Below, one piece after another: positions 13,529-27,121 of a stretch of 64,000 nt of DNA; the first letter of the stretch is position 1; each line of letters starts with the position of its first letter. The stretch lies in the NCBI GenBank assembly GCA_000934665.2, contig KZ538292.1:1-64000 (forward strand), in the 5' to 3' direction. The notes below the pieces were generated by a model that made no database searches, was not told the origin of the DNA, and was given only the letters and a program-made list of their open reading frames with translations. The translations under genes were made by a program, and so were the position numbers. This DNA is from Catajapyx aquilonaris (Eukaryota).

Positions 13529-14578
13529 CCTTTTAAAATTAAATATCGCGCAATTAGACGTGCACATTGCAGGCTGTACTTGTCACATGCATTGGACCAA
13601 AGTTATTTGGAAACCCCCCAAGGAGCTGAACCTGGCGGTGGTTGAGGTCTAGGGAGGTGGGAGGACCCCCTAAGGAGAAGCCCCAACTCCGCCATACCAA
13701 GCCCCTTTAATCGCGGCATCGCCAAAAGACTCAAAAGGGATCAAGGAAGAGCTATCTCTCCATCGAGCCTGGGTACACTCCGGACCATAAATTAGGCTGC
13801 AGCTTATCGCCCACACCCAACACAGCTTCCAATTCATTGATACGCGCATTGTTTGGTCCGCATTCTTAAAAAAAAGACCATGGGGCCAACAATTATAATT
13901 TAAACGCTCGTGTTACAACAGTTCATTAACCAGAGAGAATTTATAATGGAGCCAACAATGGGCAAGTTTTCCTAAACTTTCGGTTTTTGGAAGCATCCAT
14001 TAGCAGGATAGGTATATAAGATATGAAAAAAAAAGGAAAAAGAGAGGGCACTTCATAAACGCCAATGTTCATCACGGGGTTGCCCCGCCATACCTGGAGC
14101 AACCTTTTATCTTCCCGGCTAGCGATTAATCTTGTCAGTGCACATCTCCAGAGACACCATGCATCACGGACCTTTAATTCATTAGTCTTCCTTCTGGATC
14201 CGATGTGTCCGGGCACGATCGGAGCCCCCGCCAAAATGGCCCCCCGACACTGTTGCCCCGATGGAGAGGTCAGAAGCCATTGAACCAAGTGGACAAATCT
14301 GGCAAAAAGACCACGACCTGCCATGCAAAAAAGGTCCTATAATAAATAAGACTATATTTTAAATTCGTGCCCGTTGGCATGAGTTGAGGCCATGGCACCA
14401 TCCATCTATCCGTCTCTGATGTGGCGGATCCGATCACGCCGGAGTCTGTTCACACATTTATAATGCCCGCCTGCCTCAAACCCTCATCCATTATCTGCTG
14501 GCAGTTGGACCCGACGGAAGCTGCTGGTACTCTGTACCGTTCCTCGTACTGTAAACTGCACTCTGGTGTGCCCATCAG

Positions 14579-14799
14579 TAGGGCTGTGCGAAATCCGATA
14601 TTACATATCGACTTTCGATACTTAAAAAATAAGTCGATATATCGAAAATCGAAAAACCGACATCGAAAAATATCGAAAACCGACATCGAAAAATCGCGAT
14701 ATTCGATACATCGAACATGCCAAGCGTCGGATATCGCAACTTCGATATTAGGGAAATATCGTATCGACAGTCGATGTATCAAAATATCGCACAGCCCTA
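14579..14799. mobile_element. Non-autonomous hAT-superfamily MITE
   Basis: Perfect 13-bp TIRs: tagggctgtgcga (14579-14591) and tcgcacagcccta (14787-14799). The 8-bp TSD cccatcag (14571-14578) / cccatctg (14800-14807) has one mismatch. The interior is packed with atatcg/cgatat subterminal repeats. An 8-bp TSD with TAGGG ends is typical of hAT elements. Confidence 0.9.
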
Positions 14800-14856
14800 C
14801 CCATCTGATATGGAAAATATCGATACGGCAATATATCGATATATGTAGCTATTCAA

Positions 14857-14868
14857 TGCGCATGCGCA
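14857..14868. promoter_or_regulatory. NRF1/erect-wing-type palindrome TGCGCATGCGCA
   Basis: Perfect 12-bp consensus palindrome, with GTTGCCA about 9 bp downstream. Confidence 0.45.
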
Positions 14869-16406
14869 TATCCCACGTTGCCAGTTTTCGCCCACTTCCA
14901 ATTGTTTAAAACAACCATTCTTTTTTACGACCCCGCCCCCTCCAAAATTGTGAAACATGACACTCGCTCCGGACATAAACCCCGCTTTTATAAACTAGTT
15001 TCCGGAGCCGAAATTAAGTGCCGGACCCGCCTCAGAAACACAAACCGTGCGTAAAAGAATGGTTGACTGCCGCATAAATCCCCTGCATTACTCATGCAAA
15101 CTTGCCACTCCAACCCCTAGATAGCGCTGTCTCTAATTTTTTTTTCTTCCCCCTCCTAGTTTAAAAGCTCCGCCCTCCTGGAGGCCGTGGCATCAGCGCT
15201 ATCTGGCGCTCGTAACCCAGAACTACACTCCCGAGCCTCCCCCCCTCTGAAATGAATTTCTATCGTGGAGGTTTCCTAGAAATGCCTTTGGACACCATTA
15301 TATCCGTGCTCTCATTCCGAGGCGGGGGTCCATTCTTTTGCGACAAATGCGGCCCTTACTGTCGAAAGTGGAAGCCCTTGCTCTCTTCGACGGAGCCTGA
15401 GGACTAGCGGGGGTTGGGGAAAAGACTATGGAGCTGGGGCGTGAGGCTTGGGACAAAGGGAAAAGGGCGGGAAAATGACACCCCCCACCCCCTTCCCACC
15501 CACAAGCCTCAGGCCACCCCCTCTATTCAGCAGAGAGAAACTACTCAAAGGACATGAGCACCAATAACTCTTCGCTTACAGGCTCATTCTTAACAAGCTG
15601 AGAGAGCAAAGTCGGCAATTCCTAACAATCTCTCTAGCGGTTTGCATATGCAGCCATTTTTTCTCTCTCTAAAGACGTACTTTCAAACTGACGGTCTTAA
15701 GTGAAAACCGGCATTAATCATGGACCGGCCTTTATTCGGTTGGATTAATGCGCCAGAGGCAAAAGCGACATGCACTAAATAAACTTGCAATTTGTTCGCA
15801 AAAATATTGTACAGCCTTGTTAGTGTACGCGACCTCCTTGGTTTTTTTGGGGGGAGGGGGAGGGGAGGCGGAGAATATTCGTAGCTCACGCCAACTGGTC
15901 GTCATAATAAAAACATGTTAACAGCAAGATCCTGGCCGGATATACCCGGTAAATATGTTGTAAAAGTCAAGGAACGGACCACGCTATACTGTGACTGCGA
16001 GGTTGTAAATGAATATTGGGGGGGCAGCCGCATTGTTCGTCGCGTGAACCTGAGTCGGTACAGTATTTGTCATGTTACCTTTAGAAACGAGGTGAAAATG
16101 AGGCCATACCTTGTAACATAGGAAATGTAACTTACACCGTATCTTGGGGACGAATGGTGGACAATAATTTTTTTTTTTGGTATTTACATTGTAAATAATT
16201 GCATCGCGTTTTTAGCTGACCTAGTTGCAGAGCATATTTTACCTAGGATATGACGAAGGTAATGATTACCTGCTTCACACAAGGTTTTCCAGTTTTACCT
16301 GAGTTAATCATAAAGCGTTTTTGTAGGAAATCAATAAATTATGTAGTAAGTTACAATTGCTGTGTCAGTTACGGCTGCCCGAAGACAAATAATTGCCATG
16401 GAATGC

Positions 16407-16600
16407 AAATAATTTTTGTAGTAAACGATTTTTTTTTTGTAGAAAATAAATAATTTTTGTAGAAATAATTTTTTTTGTAAAAAATAAATAATTTTTGTAG
16501 AAAATAATTTTTTTTGTAGAAAATATTTTTTTTGTAGAAAGTAAATAATTTTTGTAGAAAGTAAATAATTTTTGTAGAAAATAAATAATTTTTGTAAATA
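16407..16600. repeat. AT-rich minisatellite, ~20 bp unit (aaataaataatttttgtagaa-like)
   Basis: About 9 tandem copies of aataatttttgtagaaa with variable T-run lengths. Confidence 0.9.
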
Positions 16601-17892
16601 ATATAAAATGACTTTTGTCAATAACAAATAAATAATTGTGTAAAAGCAAACAAATTAATAATTCCGTAAAAGTAAACAAATAATGTGTAAAAATACATGA
16701 ATAACTACTCGTATAATAAACGACAAATTAATTATCTTATTCTTTACACGAGGTGAAAAATAATGATTTGCTATTTTGCCATAGAAGTTGCTAAGACAAA
16801 TTCTTCATTCTGTCAGTGTACACACAGGCAGTAAAATATTTACCGGACTCAATTTGCCCACAATACCACACAGCTCCCATTTTAACATGCATGGAAAGGA
16901 AGAACAAATTGGTGGAAAATTGCGACCCAATCATAATTTCACATCCCCGTGAGGCCTCCCAGTGGGCACGTTTTCAATCATTACCGGGCCTACCCATCCA
17001 TAAATTACCCGAAACATTCCTGACACACAATATTACTCTATTCTTTCCAAAAAAAAAATTTTTTTTAACAATCCGGCGCCTTCGCAATATCTGATCACAC
17101 CAGAGGGAAGCAGCGTCGAGAGGCGCCAGATTTAAAATTCAAGCCTGCCATTTTCTGCCAGTCTAAAATTGAATATTGGCAAGTCCTGGCCCTAGGGGAC
17201 CATTCAAAACGCTCTACACCTGCCAAGTTAGGACCGGTAGCAACTATCTGGTTATGAATCCCGCGTCCATACAGGCCTCTCTGGACACGCCACATCACTT
17301 TCCTGCCAAAAAGCTGTCAGTAAGTTGGCAGGGGCAGGTTGGAGGGGGTGTTTTAGTTGCAAGGGACACGAGGCTTCCAACACCGCTTAATTACCTGCTG
17401 GTGTTAGGAAGAGACAGAAGAAGAAAAAAAAACGCGCGTTTTTTCCCCATTATATCCGGAAAAGACAGCGTGAGATTCACACCCTACTGCGAGGATTCGC
17501 AGTTAATTGGACCGGATTGTCGCAAGATGGGAGGATTTTTCTCTGGGAGTTCCAGGGGGTGACATATAGAGTGCGTGACTATCAGCGTTCCTGTGCTTCC
17601 CCCTGGCCTCCAAGACTATAAAGTGGGGCTCTTATGGGCCAGAGCACCCAGCTTTCAAGGGATGCGATCCATACATTGAAGGGGGGGGGGGGGGCTTTTG
17701 TGCCCCCTCAGGCTCTTTAGAGGGGGGCTAAAACCCCCCCTAGCAACCTCTGCGTGCCAATGAGAAAATCGGATTAAAGTCTGGACAATGCGCGGCGACG
17801 ATAAGGTCGAAGGCAATCAAATGTGATCAAGTTTGTCGGGTATAGAGTGAAGGCACGGGGCTGGACATGCGGTGCATCAACCTCCATATCGC

Positions 17893-17912
17893 ACCGGAAG
17901 TAAGCGGAAGTA
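17893..17912 (+). promoter_or_regulatory. Tandem ETS/GABP-type sites
   Basis: accggaagtaagcggaagta contains two CGGAAGT cores 10 bp apart, directly before the AT-rich island at 17920-18220. Confidence 0.4.
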
Positions 17913-20902
17913 ACAGTAATAGGTATTACAAGTTATAGATATAAACATAATATATAATATATCAATTGTTATAAATAGATTCATCGTGACATTCAATTAG
18001 TATGCGGTCATTAAATTATATTGTAGTAATTATTACTTCAGTAATACTATATATTATTTAAATATATGGGTTGTTAATTATTATTGTGGTATTTCATTAT
18101 CACTTTGTTACTTACTTATTATTGTTAATTGCGGTGGTAATTAATATTTTAATATTTCCAGCTGAGAGTCTCTGCTGTACCGAATTTTCATTTTGTAATC
18201 ATATTTTTTATACATAATTTAGCCGTACAGTTGTGCCATGTCCCGTATTTTCCCCAGGAACATGCGCCATCTGTGCTTTAACCGAGGAGTTGAAGATGGA
18301 CACTCGCGGCATCTGTCACCAGGCCGACCAACTCCGACCGCGACAGTCCTTCAGAGAAACCCGCAAATTAAAAAGAAAAAAAGAAAAAAAAACTCCAGCC
18401 CGCTAACAAGCGGGTTGGACCCCATAATGAGTGTTTGCACATTTCTAACAGGCAGTCACCAGTTATGGGAGGCAATAAAAATATAATGATTGTTTGAACT
18501 AGTTCAAACGACCGATTCCGAAAATTTCTGAACGACCTAATGCCATGTCCGGAGAACGTTTTCAAAAGTCACAAATAGGTACGCGAATAGGTACGGTACC
18601 CACTGACCTTGTCTGGGTTGAAAACCCTGGGTTTAAAAAAAATTCCTATCGCGGATTTACGCAGTGGTATCGTCCTTGTTTGAATTGCGCGTTTGCCTGG
18701 CAAAACGCAGGTCTAATCTGGAACGATCGCATTTGGGGGATCCCACCAGCAGATCATAGAGCGTGCAGTTGGGATTTTACAGGGGATCATTTTTTTGGGA
18801 CTTAAAAAAAGAAAACTGGGCCCTTCTAGCCCCGACTGCATTACTGCCAGCTAATGTCATTGTGCGTCCCCCATGATGGGCGCTGTATGAAGCCAGAAGA
18901 TTATCCGCCGGGGAAAAACCTGTGCCTGCTAAAACTGCTCTTCATGTCATGAATTGTGTGTGTCGTCATTTCTACCCACTGTCACGAGTACGGCATGATC
19001 ATGATAACATTACCTATGAGGGACTCTGATTTCGAAATAAGCTGCTCGCAATATCGTGTCGGATTGACAGTAGATGGCAGCAGTCACTGGGAGCAGAGAC
19101 ATCTACCGTCATTCACGTACACTGGTCAGAGCTGGTGTCTCCATCTATGGTTTGATTTTAATTGATTGATGAGTTAGGAATGAAGGTGAAATTAAACCAT
19201 CCTGTAGACAACTAACGCCCGGTTTTTCAGGTAATCAACTTCCAGTCGTAAAACCAGCTCATTCCGCAACCGTTCCTCGGAGAGAGCCAACATTGTTTAT
19301 GGAATGTAAATGCCCGTAAAATAGAATCAGCTTTTCCCCAAAATTATCCATTTCGACTCTACGGGGGCCTCTCGAAAAAACGTAAAAAAATTTCTCCTCC
19401 AAAACTCCAGTCAGCAAACATCTTCGTGACTCGACTCGAAGTAGGTTAAAGAACCGCATTTGGGTGCGAAACACCACCAAAATATGCTAAGCATGCTCAT
19501 AATCCTGGGTGCCCAATTATACTTGGCTGGATATTGAGTTAGAAGAGCTTGGTGGATCAACTTTTTGAATCTTTACAATGTTCTTTTTTTCTGCAAAGCG
19601 GCACCTCCAGTACTATTGCCACCTTTTTACCCTCCCCTATTGTAAAATGGCCCTGCACGATTTCACTATCGCCAAACAATTATTTCCTTCCAAGGTTGCG
19701 CCTCGGCCACTTCTTATATATTTATGGCTCTACACTTTTAGGCAAAAAATCAGCATCTGTTTGTCCGGGGTGAGTCATCAGCTAGGTGTATGAATCTGTA
19801 TCTATAGTTCTAAGAGTGTCTATACCCAACACCCACATAATTATTAACCTCCATATTATCCTGACAGGACGTCATGAACACAGGTGAAAGTGATACAGTT
19901 TAAAGCCCGCGAAAACGTTTCCCTGTCAAAATTTTGATTGAGCGATACACCCTTGCATTACAAGGCCACGTTGCTAAAGAGGACGGTAATGAACTGACGC
20001 AAAAATGTGGAGGTTCACTTTTACCTCCTTCGATCCGAATCAACACACGATTTTTAAAGAAAAGAAAACCAAAGTCACGAAACAATTGCGCAACAATGCA
20101 TATGGACCGGAACCAAATTTCAGATTGAAAAATATAACTCCAATCCCTCCCATATCATCATCACAACTTCTCCCTAGAGAGGAAGAAAACGATTATTATT
20201 CAAGTAATGTTGCCATCAGATTAAATTATTCCAGAACTTTGGGCAAATCTGGGCGGAAAACTTTGGCCCCGCGGCTTCCCTCGAGTTATAGCCCCCCAGG
20301 AAAATTTAACTGTTTTCTTCTCTCTATATATATATTTTTTTGTTCCATGGATCTTCCTTCCCCAGTAGACCTCCAGTTAATGCGCGTGATGGATCAGTTA
20401 GTTCGGAATTACGTCGAGTCCCGGACGACGTTTACAAATTCATTTGCTTAGCGGGACTGACTGGACGCTGACTAACTATTCCTTGGGACTCCCTGGAAGG
20501 AGACGGGCCAGCAGGCCTATCTATCACTAGGCCTGCTAGATGCCATAGTGACAAAATAATTACCCGGGGTACTGGTTTTTAGCCCTGGCTGCGGCTGCTG
20601 GATGGCCAGAAGCGGCCTGATATAAATGCGCTGCTTTCACGTGCTCCATCCGACTTGGGACTTTTATTGCTTTCTTCACGTCCTCAAATCCAGCTCAAGG
20701 GAGGCACACCAAGATGGCCTTCATTTTATATTCGGACTGGTCGGATTCAGATTTTTAACGGGCAGGATTCGAAGAATTATGTACGGTAATTTTGTTAGGA
20801 GAAGGCCTACATATGCACGACATGTAATGATACAATGTGTGCAGGTGTACACGGAAGTGAACTATAGTATATGAGTGCATGTATAGGGCTGTAGGCTACT
20901 AA

Positions 20903-21204
20903 TCTATATAGCTCAATAAAGCCGTTTGTGAGTCTGTCTGTTTGTCTGTCTGTCCGCCTGCCAACCGTCATTTGCCTGGCATGAGTGCCATCTGTGTTCC
21001 ACCCCCAGGCCGGGAGAGGATGGAGATGCTGGGGGTTGATTACAGATGGCAGGCAAATGACGGTTGCCGTCATACAGGCGGGGGAGGCTGAAGGTGTTGG
21101 AGTAGCAGGACCACAGATGGCATTCGTGGGCGGACACACAGAAAGACAGACAGTTGACTGCTGACTACAAGTACGTGTATGGGTAGTACGCACGTGAGGA
21201 CTAG
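20903..21204 (+). mobile_element. Non-autonomous Helitron-like element (copy related to 31707-32072)
   Basis: Begins A|TCTATATA and its first ~70 bp are nearly identical to the 31707 copy. It contains internal inverted copies of its own 5' part (21043-21068, 21111-21152). The probable end is an imperfect hairpin followed by CTAG|T at 21201-21205; the 3' end is less certain. Confidence 0.65.
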
Positions 21205-24200
21205 TAACTAGCAGTCATATTGGTTTGAATAAAAAACAACAACAAAAAACAAGGTGCAGCCCCGTCATTAAATATTGATACTTTCAACTAGCCGGCTCCA
21301 TAGCAACATTCACTAGCTCCATCCATAAACCGGCCGGATCTATGGTTTAGACCTTGCCACCTATTGTTTTTGCTCTGACATAGATGAATGGTGGAAATGG
21401 GAGGGGGGTGAAACAAAAGGGGCTACCAAAATGAGTGAATAGCCGCAGAGACTGGGGGGATATAACGGGGGTTCAAGTGAAAGGGACTCACTTATTGATA
21501 ATAATCGAATTCCTTTGCTAAAAAGGCCTAAGCGTCAGGCCATTGCTTTTCCAGACCATTGGAAGGACCCAGAGAGAAAAAAAACTGTTAATGAATTGCC
21601 GTCAATTAAAAATCGGGTTCAAACGACCTCATTACGGAAGAAGAAATAAATGGTGTCGTAAAATAGATTATGTTTGATCATTAGGGCTCAGTTAAGGTAG
21701 CCAACTTGCCATACGTTTTTACAACTGACTTAATTTCCTCAATTAGAAGCGCCACCATTTTCTCCGAATGACGTCTGGGGGTAATATTGGCTGATTAAGG
21801 ATTAATATGAACCCATCTCGTTATAAAATGGCATAGAGGGGAGAAAACACAGCACCGGGGGGAGGGGGGAAGGATTCTAAAAATTATGTTATTAACCTCC
21901 AACGACACAATCGATGCCTCACATTCATATACGGCCTGTTAATTTGGTAAGAGAATCCCATGTTAATTAGGCTGATGGCCCCGTGACTCACAAAGAACTC
22001 ACAGCTCCTAATAAATCTCCGTTTAGTCATTTACTACTCGGGCTTATCCGGGTTCCCTTGCACGCGGGGTAAATTCGATCAGAGTTTGCCAATATTGGCT
22101 GAAGGCATCAACATCCCACAAGTCATACAAGCTCAAGGTAATACCTTTAAAAGTGAATCACTTCAGATTAATATTTTTGTGTAATTAAAGTAATTAAACC
22201 TGTAGACAAAATACGTCAATACCAGTAGGCTATATGGATATACAAAATAATGAAGAAAATAAATAAATAACGGAAATGAAGTAATAAATATCTAAATTAA
22301 TGCGAGTTAATATTTTCATAGATTCTGACTACTATAACTCTCATACCCAATGTACAGTACTAAAACCTAATTACTCCTTACAACCGACTACAACTGAGCA
22401 AGACTCTCTCACCCGCCATGTCCCCGCCATCTGTTGCAAGAAACTCCAACCGCCAACAGCGATTCCCTTTGACTTTGGGAGCAACAACACGTACCAGAAT
22501 CACGACAAAAACCGGTCGCAAATTTTCAGACGGGGTCGTAACCATTTTCACACCGCTCTTTTTCCACCACCTCCCAAAACTCAGCATATGCCAACTCCAT
22601 ATTTGCATGTGTCGGCTTCCGGTTTTTCGCACTCATTTTCGCTTATGGAGAGTTGGGGCTATTAAAACGTCCGGCCATCACTTCATTCCGGGTAGGGGGC
22701 TCTGATAAAGGGTCGTTTTGTTTACTCTACGATGGGGGAGAGAGGACATATTGAATCCATTTCTCCTTGTTCCGGTACTTTTCCAGGAACAACTCCGGGT
22801 TTCAATTAAAACTAGGCGCGATCAAACTTTTTAATATTCAGGGTGAGACTAGCCATATGTGATTACTCTTACGATCTGCAAAACCTAATTAAAATCATTT
22901 AAAAGCCTCATATTAACATTGACTTAAAGGTGTACTTGAACAAATACACATATTTTTTTCACAAAAATGTAATTCCCAAAAATTCGTTCNCCCCCCCCCC
23001 CCGGGTCGTTTGTCGTAATTACACGGAATTTGGGCAGAAACTTGATTAAGGGACATATGTATTTTTTTTTTAGAAAAAAAAGAGTGGCGCGATCCCTAAC
23101 TTGTGATTCGATTATCCGGGGTTGTTCCCATGGGTACGTGCACTTTTCCGGATGCCAGTGCACACTATTCATGTCAACACCAGCAACACTCGTTAGACTC
23201 TCCTTATCTTTTAAACCGCGGGGACCAGGCTTGGATTTTTGCAAAAAAAAAGTGCTTTTAAGCCATTTTTAGCTCTCGGTACCGGAACTACGGAAAAAGA
23301 GAGTGCGGATCTATTTTTTTTCTCCTTGTGAAATGGTAATGAGTTGGAGACTAAAACGAAAATATTTTCGAGCTCCGTGTTTCGCCATTGGGTGTTTGCT
23401 CCTGTTATTTGCGTTTTCCATTTTTTTCCTATCTCGAAATGATTTCGCCCCCAGGCCATATTTGTGCCGTCGCCTATTTCTCCCAGGGGTCACCTGTCTC
23501 GAGGTGAGCAAACTTTGTTCATTTTATTGGAACATTGGTATACAATTACATTTAGAACAAATACTACCCATAATAAAATTTTACAACAAATATCATATTT
23601 CGTCCCCATGGCCAGGTTGCCAAATTTCTGCCCTTTAAAAAAAATTGCATGTTTAAAAAGGAACGCCTGTGCATGATGGGTGATTGGCAAGACAGAGGCG
23701 GAGATGAAAGTTTAATGGGGCAGCCAACTGTCTCGACGCCGGCGTCTCTAGGTCTGCTACCCCCCACCAACCCACTTCCCCCTTCCTCACAGAAGAAGTA
23801 GGTAAGAAGGCCATCACGCTGCCGCCAAAATTCGGCAGCTCGATACAGAACCCCCGGCTTCAATGGCCACCCCTCATAGATTAATGATAATGGCACCCAT
23901 TCACGAAAACGTTGCACTTACACCAGGTTTTATCTCGTGATAAGCAACACAGCTGTGCTTCCTAGTTTTGATATTGATTCTGAAATCTATTATGTTGTTC
24001 TGTTTGTCCGGAGAATTGGCGGGTTGCACCTGATTGGCTTCTTGAGAGCCAGCTTGTGTAACATAACATGTTTTCTATTATCATTCCAAAAAAAAAAGCA
24101 AGTTCGATGTCCAGACACGTCATAATAGGCTGCCCATTGCAATTCAGTATTGGATTCACGATCGCGCTCTAGCACTCTATTAAATAAATTCCGCACTTGC

Positions 24201-26973
24201 ATCACGTGCGACGTACATGTAATACATACCAAGAAGCGAAGGCCCCTTTGAAGTGCTAAAATTGCAAACTGCGACAAGTTTCGCCAACTCTCGCCACATC
24301 CTCCCGGTGCCATTATTATTTTGGAGAGGCGAATCCACCTCATAAAAATTGTTTTGCTTGCAATAATCAATACCATGCACCTGCGCATTTTTTTTTTGCA
24401 ACTTCCAAAAAAAATGCCTTTCTATCCTTATGAATTCTTCATTACTCCAAAGTAGGCAGCTTTTGCAATGTGAGCATTGAAATATGGGGGATGGTGGGGA
24501 GGCTTGTTGGTATAATTCATATGGCTCTGGCTGGGCTGGAGCATTACGGCAAACAAATCATGTATTTACTGCAGACCCGGAGATGGATCTGCTGAAAATT
24601 CCATTGTAAAACAAGTTCGAGCTTAATGTAGTTGCAGGGTTGGATTAACCCTCGGGGCCATTTTTTTGGGGTGGTGGTGGTGGGCAAAACCAGAGTTTGT
24701 AGTTTGACTCCAGCCGTTTTCCCTGCACTGAGTCAACACAAACAAGGTTGGCTTCTCCCTAGTGTTGCATATGGACATGTTAACCACGCTGTTTATCTCC
24801 ATTTTGATTATCATATGCAACAGTAGGGGCCAACATCGACCGCAAATACAGGAGGCTTCCTAATCACACTAATGGTACCGAAAATGAAAATGTAAGGCAA
24901 TCGCTTTGCACACAGTTTTTTTTTGCAGGAAAAAATTATATTTCGCCAATTCGCTCTAGGGCACGAAACCGGATGATTGCTACCCTTCCATAAGGTCTCA
25001 TGGAAACCTTATTGAACCCTACTAGCTTTGATGTCATTGATTGCGGGGTTTTTTTTTGCAAGAAAAAATAGTGGTCCTCAAAAAAAAAGGTCCTTCGGGA
25101 GCTACCTACTTTTCAACGCACATTTTTTTTACACACAAAAAACAAAAACATCAATCACCGGTTGGTTTTAACGAAATTCGATTTGCAAGATTCATGGCTT
25201 CCATGGGAGAGGGGGGAGGATTTTTTGGGATCGTAAACAACTGGACGGTATCGATGACTATGACTAAGATAGGGGAGGGGCACGTCACAACAAATCAGCC
25301 CCCATTCCACCAACCAGAAAAAAACTTGTTAAGGAGGTTTATACGCCAAACTTTTTGATCAATACTGTTGTAATTAACAGGAAGCGGCTTAGTTCCAACC
25401 CTGCACCGATATGGCGGACCAATCACATGTGTAGAACTCAAGGTCAAAACGCCATTAAGCACCAATCCACTCTCATCACCATTTATGTAGACAAAATTCC
25501 ACCGTCCACTAGCTGCGTCATCATAATTCAAACAGAAACAATAACCCACAAGCGATGTACGCAAACTCTTTTTCTAGCTGGTAACTACCCAAAAAAAAAC
25601 TCTCCCCATCGCACACAACCAGAGTTGAATATGTCCCTGACCATCAGATTAATTTACATCCCAGTGCAGGCCTCGTAAACAATGAGTGTCAGTCCATTGC
25701 ACGTCCGGGCACCACTGGGGCGTAGCCAGACTCACATCGGGCTGGGTAAAAAGCTCCAAATTGGGTAAGAGCTATTGGTCAATAATGGTGGGCAAACTGC
25801 TCTTGTTCATTTTGGAAGCTGGTGCCACGACTCCACGAGCAACAGGAATGGTCCAAAACTGACCTGAAGTTACGAATCCCCCTGTACATTAAGGTATTTT
25901 AAAATTGGCTAATAATTTAAATTAGTGTCAATGGCTCTAAATAATAATATCATAAGTATCAGTTACGACTGCAACGTAGCTTATTCGTGTCCAGACCATT
26001 CCGGCCCGTTCCAACTCGTTCCTACAAAAAACCCCGATTTCCATCCTAGTATCGAACTTGGACCCCCCCTAAGGCAGGGCACCCCCTAGAACCCGTGTAA
26101 AATACTGATTAACCTGTCAGCTTCACATGCCCTGCAACACGGATAGGTGTCAATTGAAAAGTTAACGCCCGCTGCCACGTTGCCAAACCGCCAACGTTCC
26201 CCGTGAGAGCAAAGTTTCGCCGCATTTTCACCCATAAAGTCTGCAAACAATTCCGTCACACAACATAAACAAAGACAGTTTTTTGGGGGGCAATGTTTTT
26301 CCAAGATATTTTTTCCCCCAAAAAATCTTCATCTCCGGGGCATTTTCCCGCCAAAAAAAGGATGACAGCGGAGTAACTGACAGCACCAATTAACCAATGC
26401 CCGCGTTTTGCGCCAGAAACGTGCTAATAAGTTAATCAAGAGGTTCATCGACGTCATATGCGGCAAGGATCCATCTGACGGCGAGTTTTTGCCCTCTGAT
26501 TGGATCCGGTGGCTTATTAACCTCCAACTTCTTAATAAAGCCAACTTTTTTTTTTTTTTTGCTTTCTACCCATTTCCCATGGGTCCTTTGCGAAATTATT
26601 TGATCTTTCGGATCATTTTCGGATCTTCCCATTAGCGGGGACGCGACGCTTTCTTTTCTCTCGCTTTTCTTTTTTTTGGCGGTTCCTATGACGCAATTTC
26701 CGACTCTTTCTCCCGGAAACTCCCCGACAGAGTGGCAGGCTTTAAATTAGCTCGCCCTTTGCCGGGTCATGACCGGAATTAAAAGATATAGAGAGGCGCA
26801 GAGGACCCGAGGAAATGACCATCTAAAGTAACCCAATTCTTGTTGGAAGGACCATGCCATTAAGGACGCTCCCAAAGGTACAAGGACCCCGAGAAAATTG
26901 ACTTCTTTTACAAAGTTTTTCAATCGGGCAACACTGTCTGGTACCAAATATGGCGGAACGCTGCTGATTGGCT

Positions 26974-27121
26974 GCTGAAATCCGAGCTGGCTCCTGATAT
27001 GCTGAGCCATTTGCTTTCGGATGATACGTGGTTGTGTGCATTATTTCTAAATAATGCAGACAATACCGTATCATCCGAATGCAAATGGCTCAGCATATCA
27101 GGAGCCAGCCCGGATTTCAGC
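26974..27121. mobile_element. 148-bp near-perfect palindrome (foldback MITE-like)
   Basis: gctgaaatccgagctggctcctgatatgctgagccatttgc...gcattattt|ct|aaataatgc...gcaaatggctcagcatatcaggagccagcccggatttcagc. A diverged copy of the left arm occurs at ~27347-27384. Confidence 0.75.

Noticed and set aside
14421..14909. Overlapping 162-aa and 110-aa ORFs
   Set aside because: They are read-through of the stop-poor hAT MITE interior.
16331..16679. Repetitive K/I/F/Y-rich ORFs
   Set aside because: They are translations of the AT minisatellite.
19217..19238. Plus-strand tttttcag|gtaatc AG|GT junction
   Set aside because: Short pyrimidine tract and weak donor, consistent with chance.
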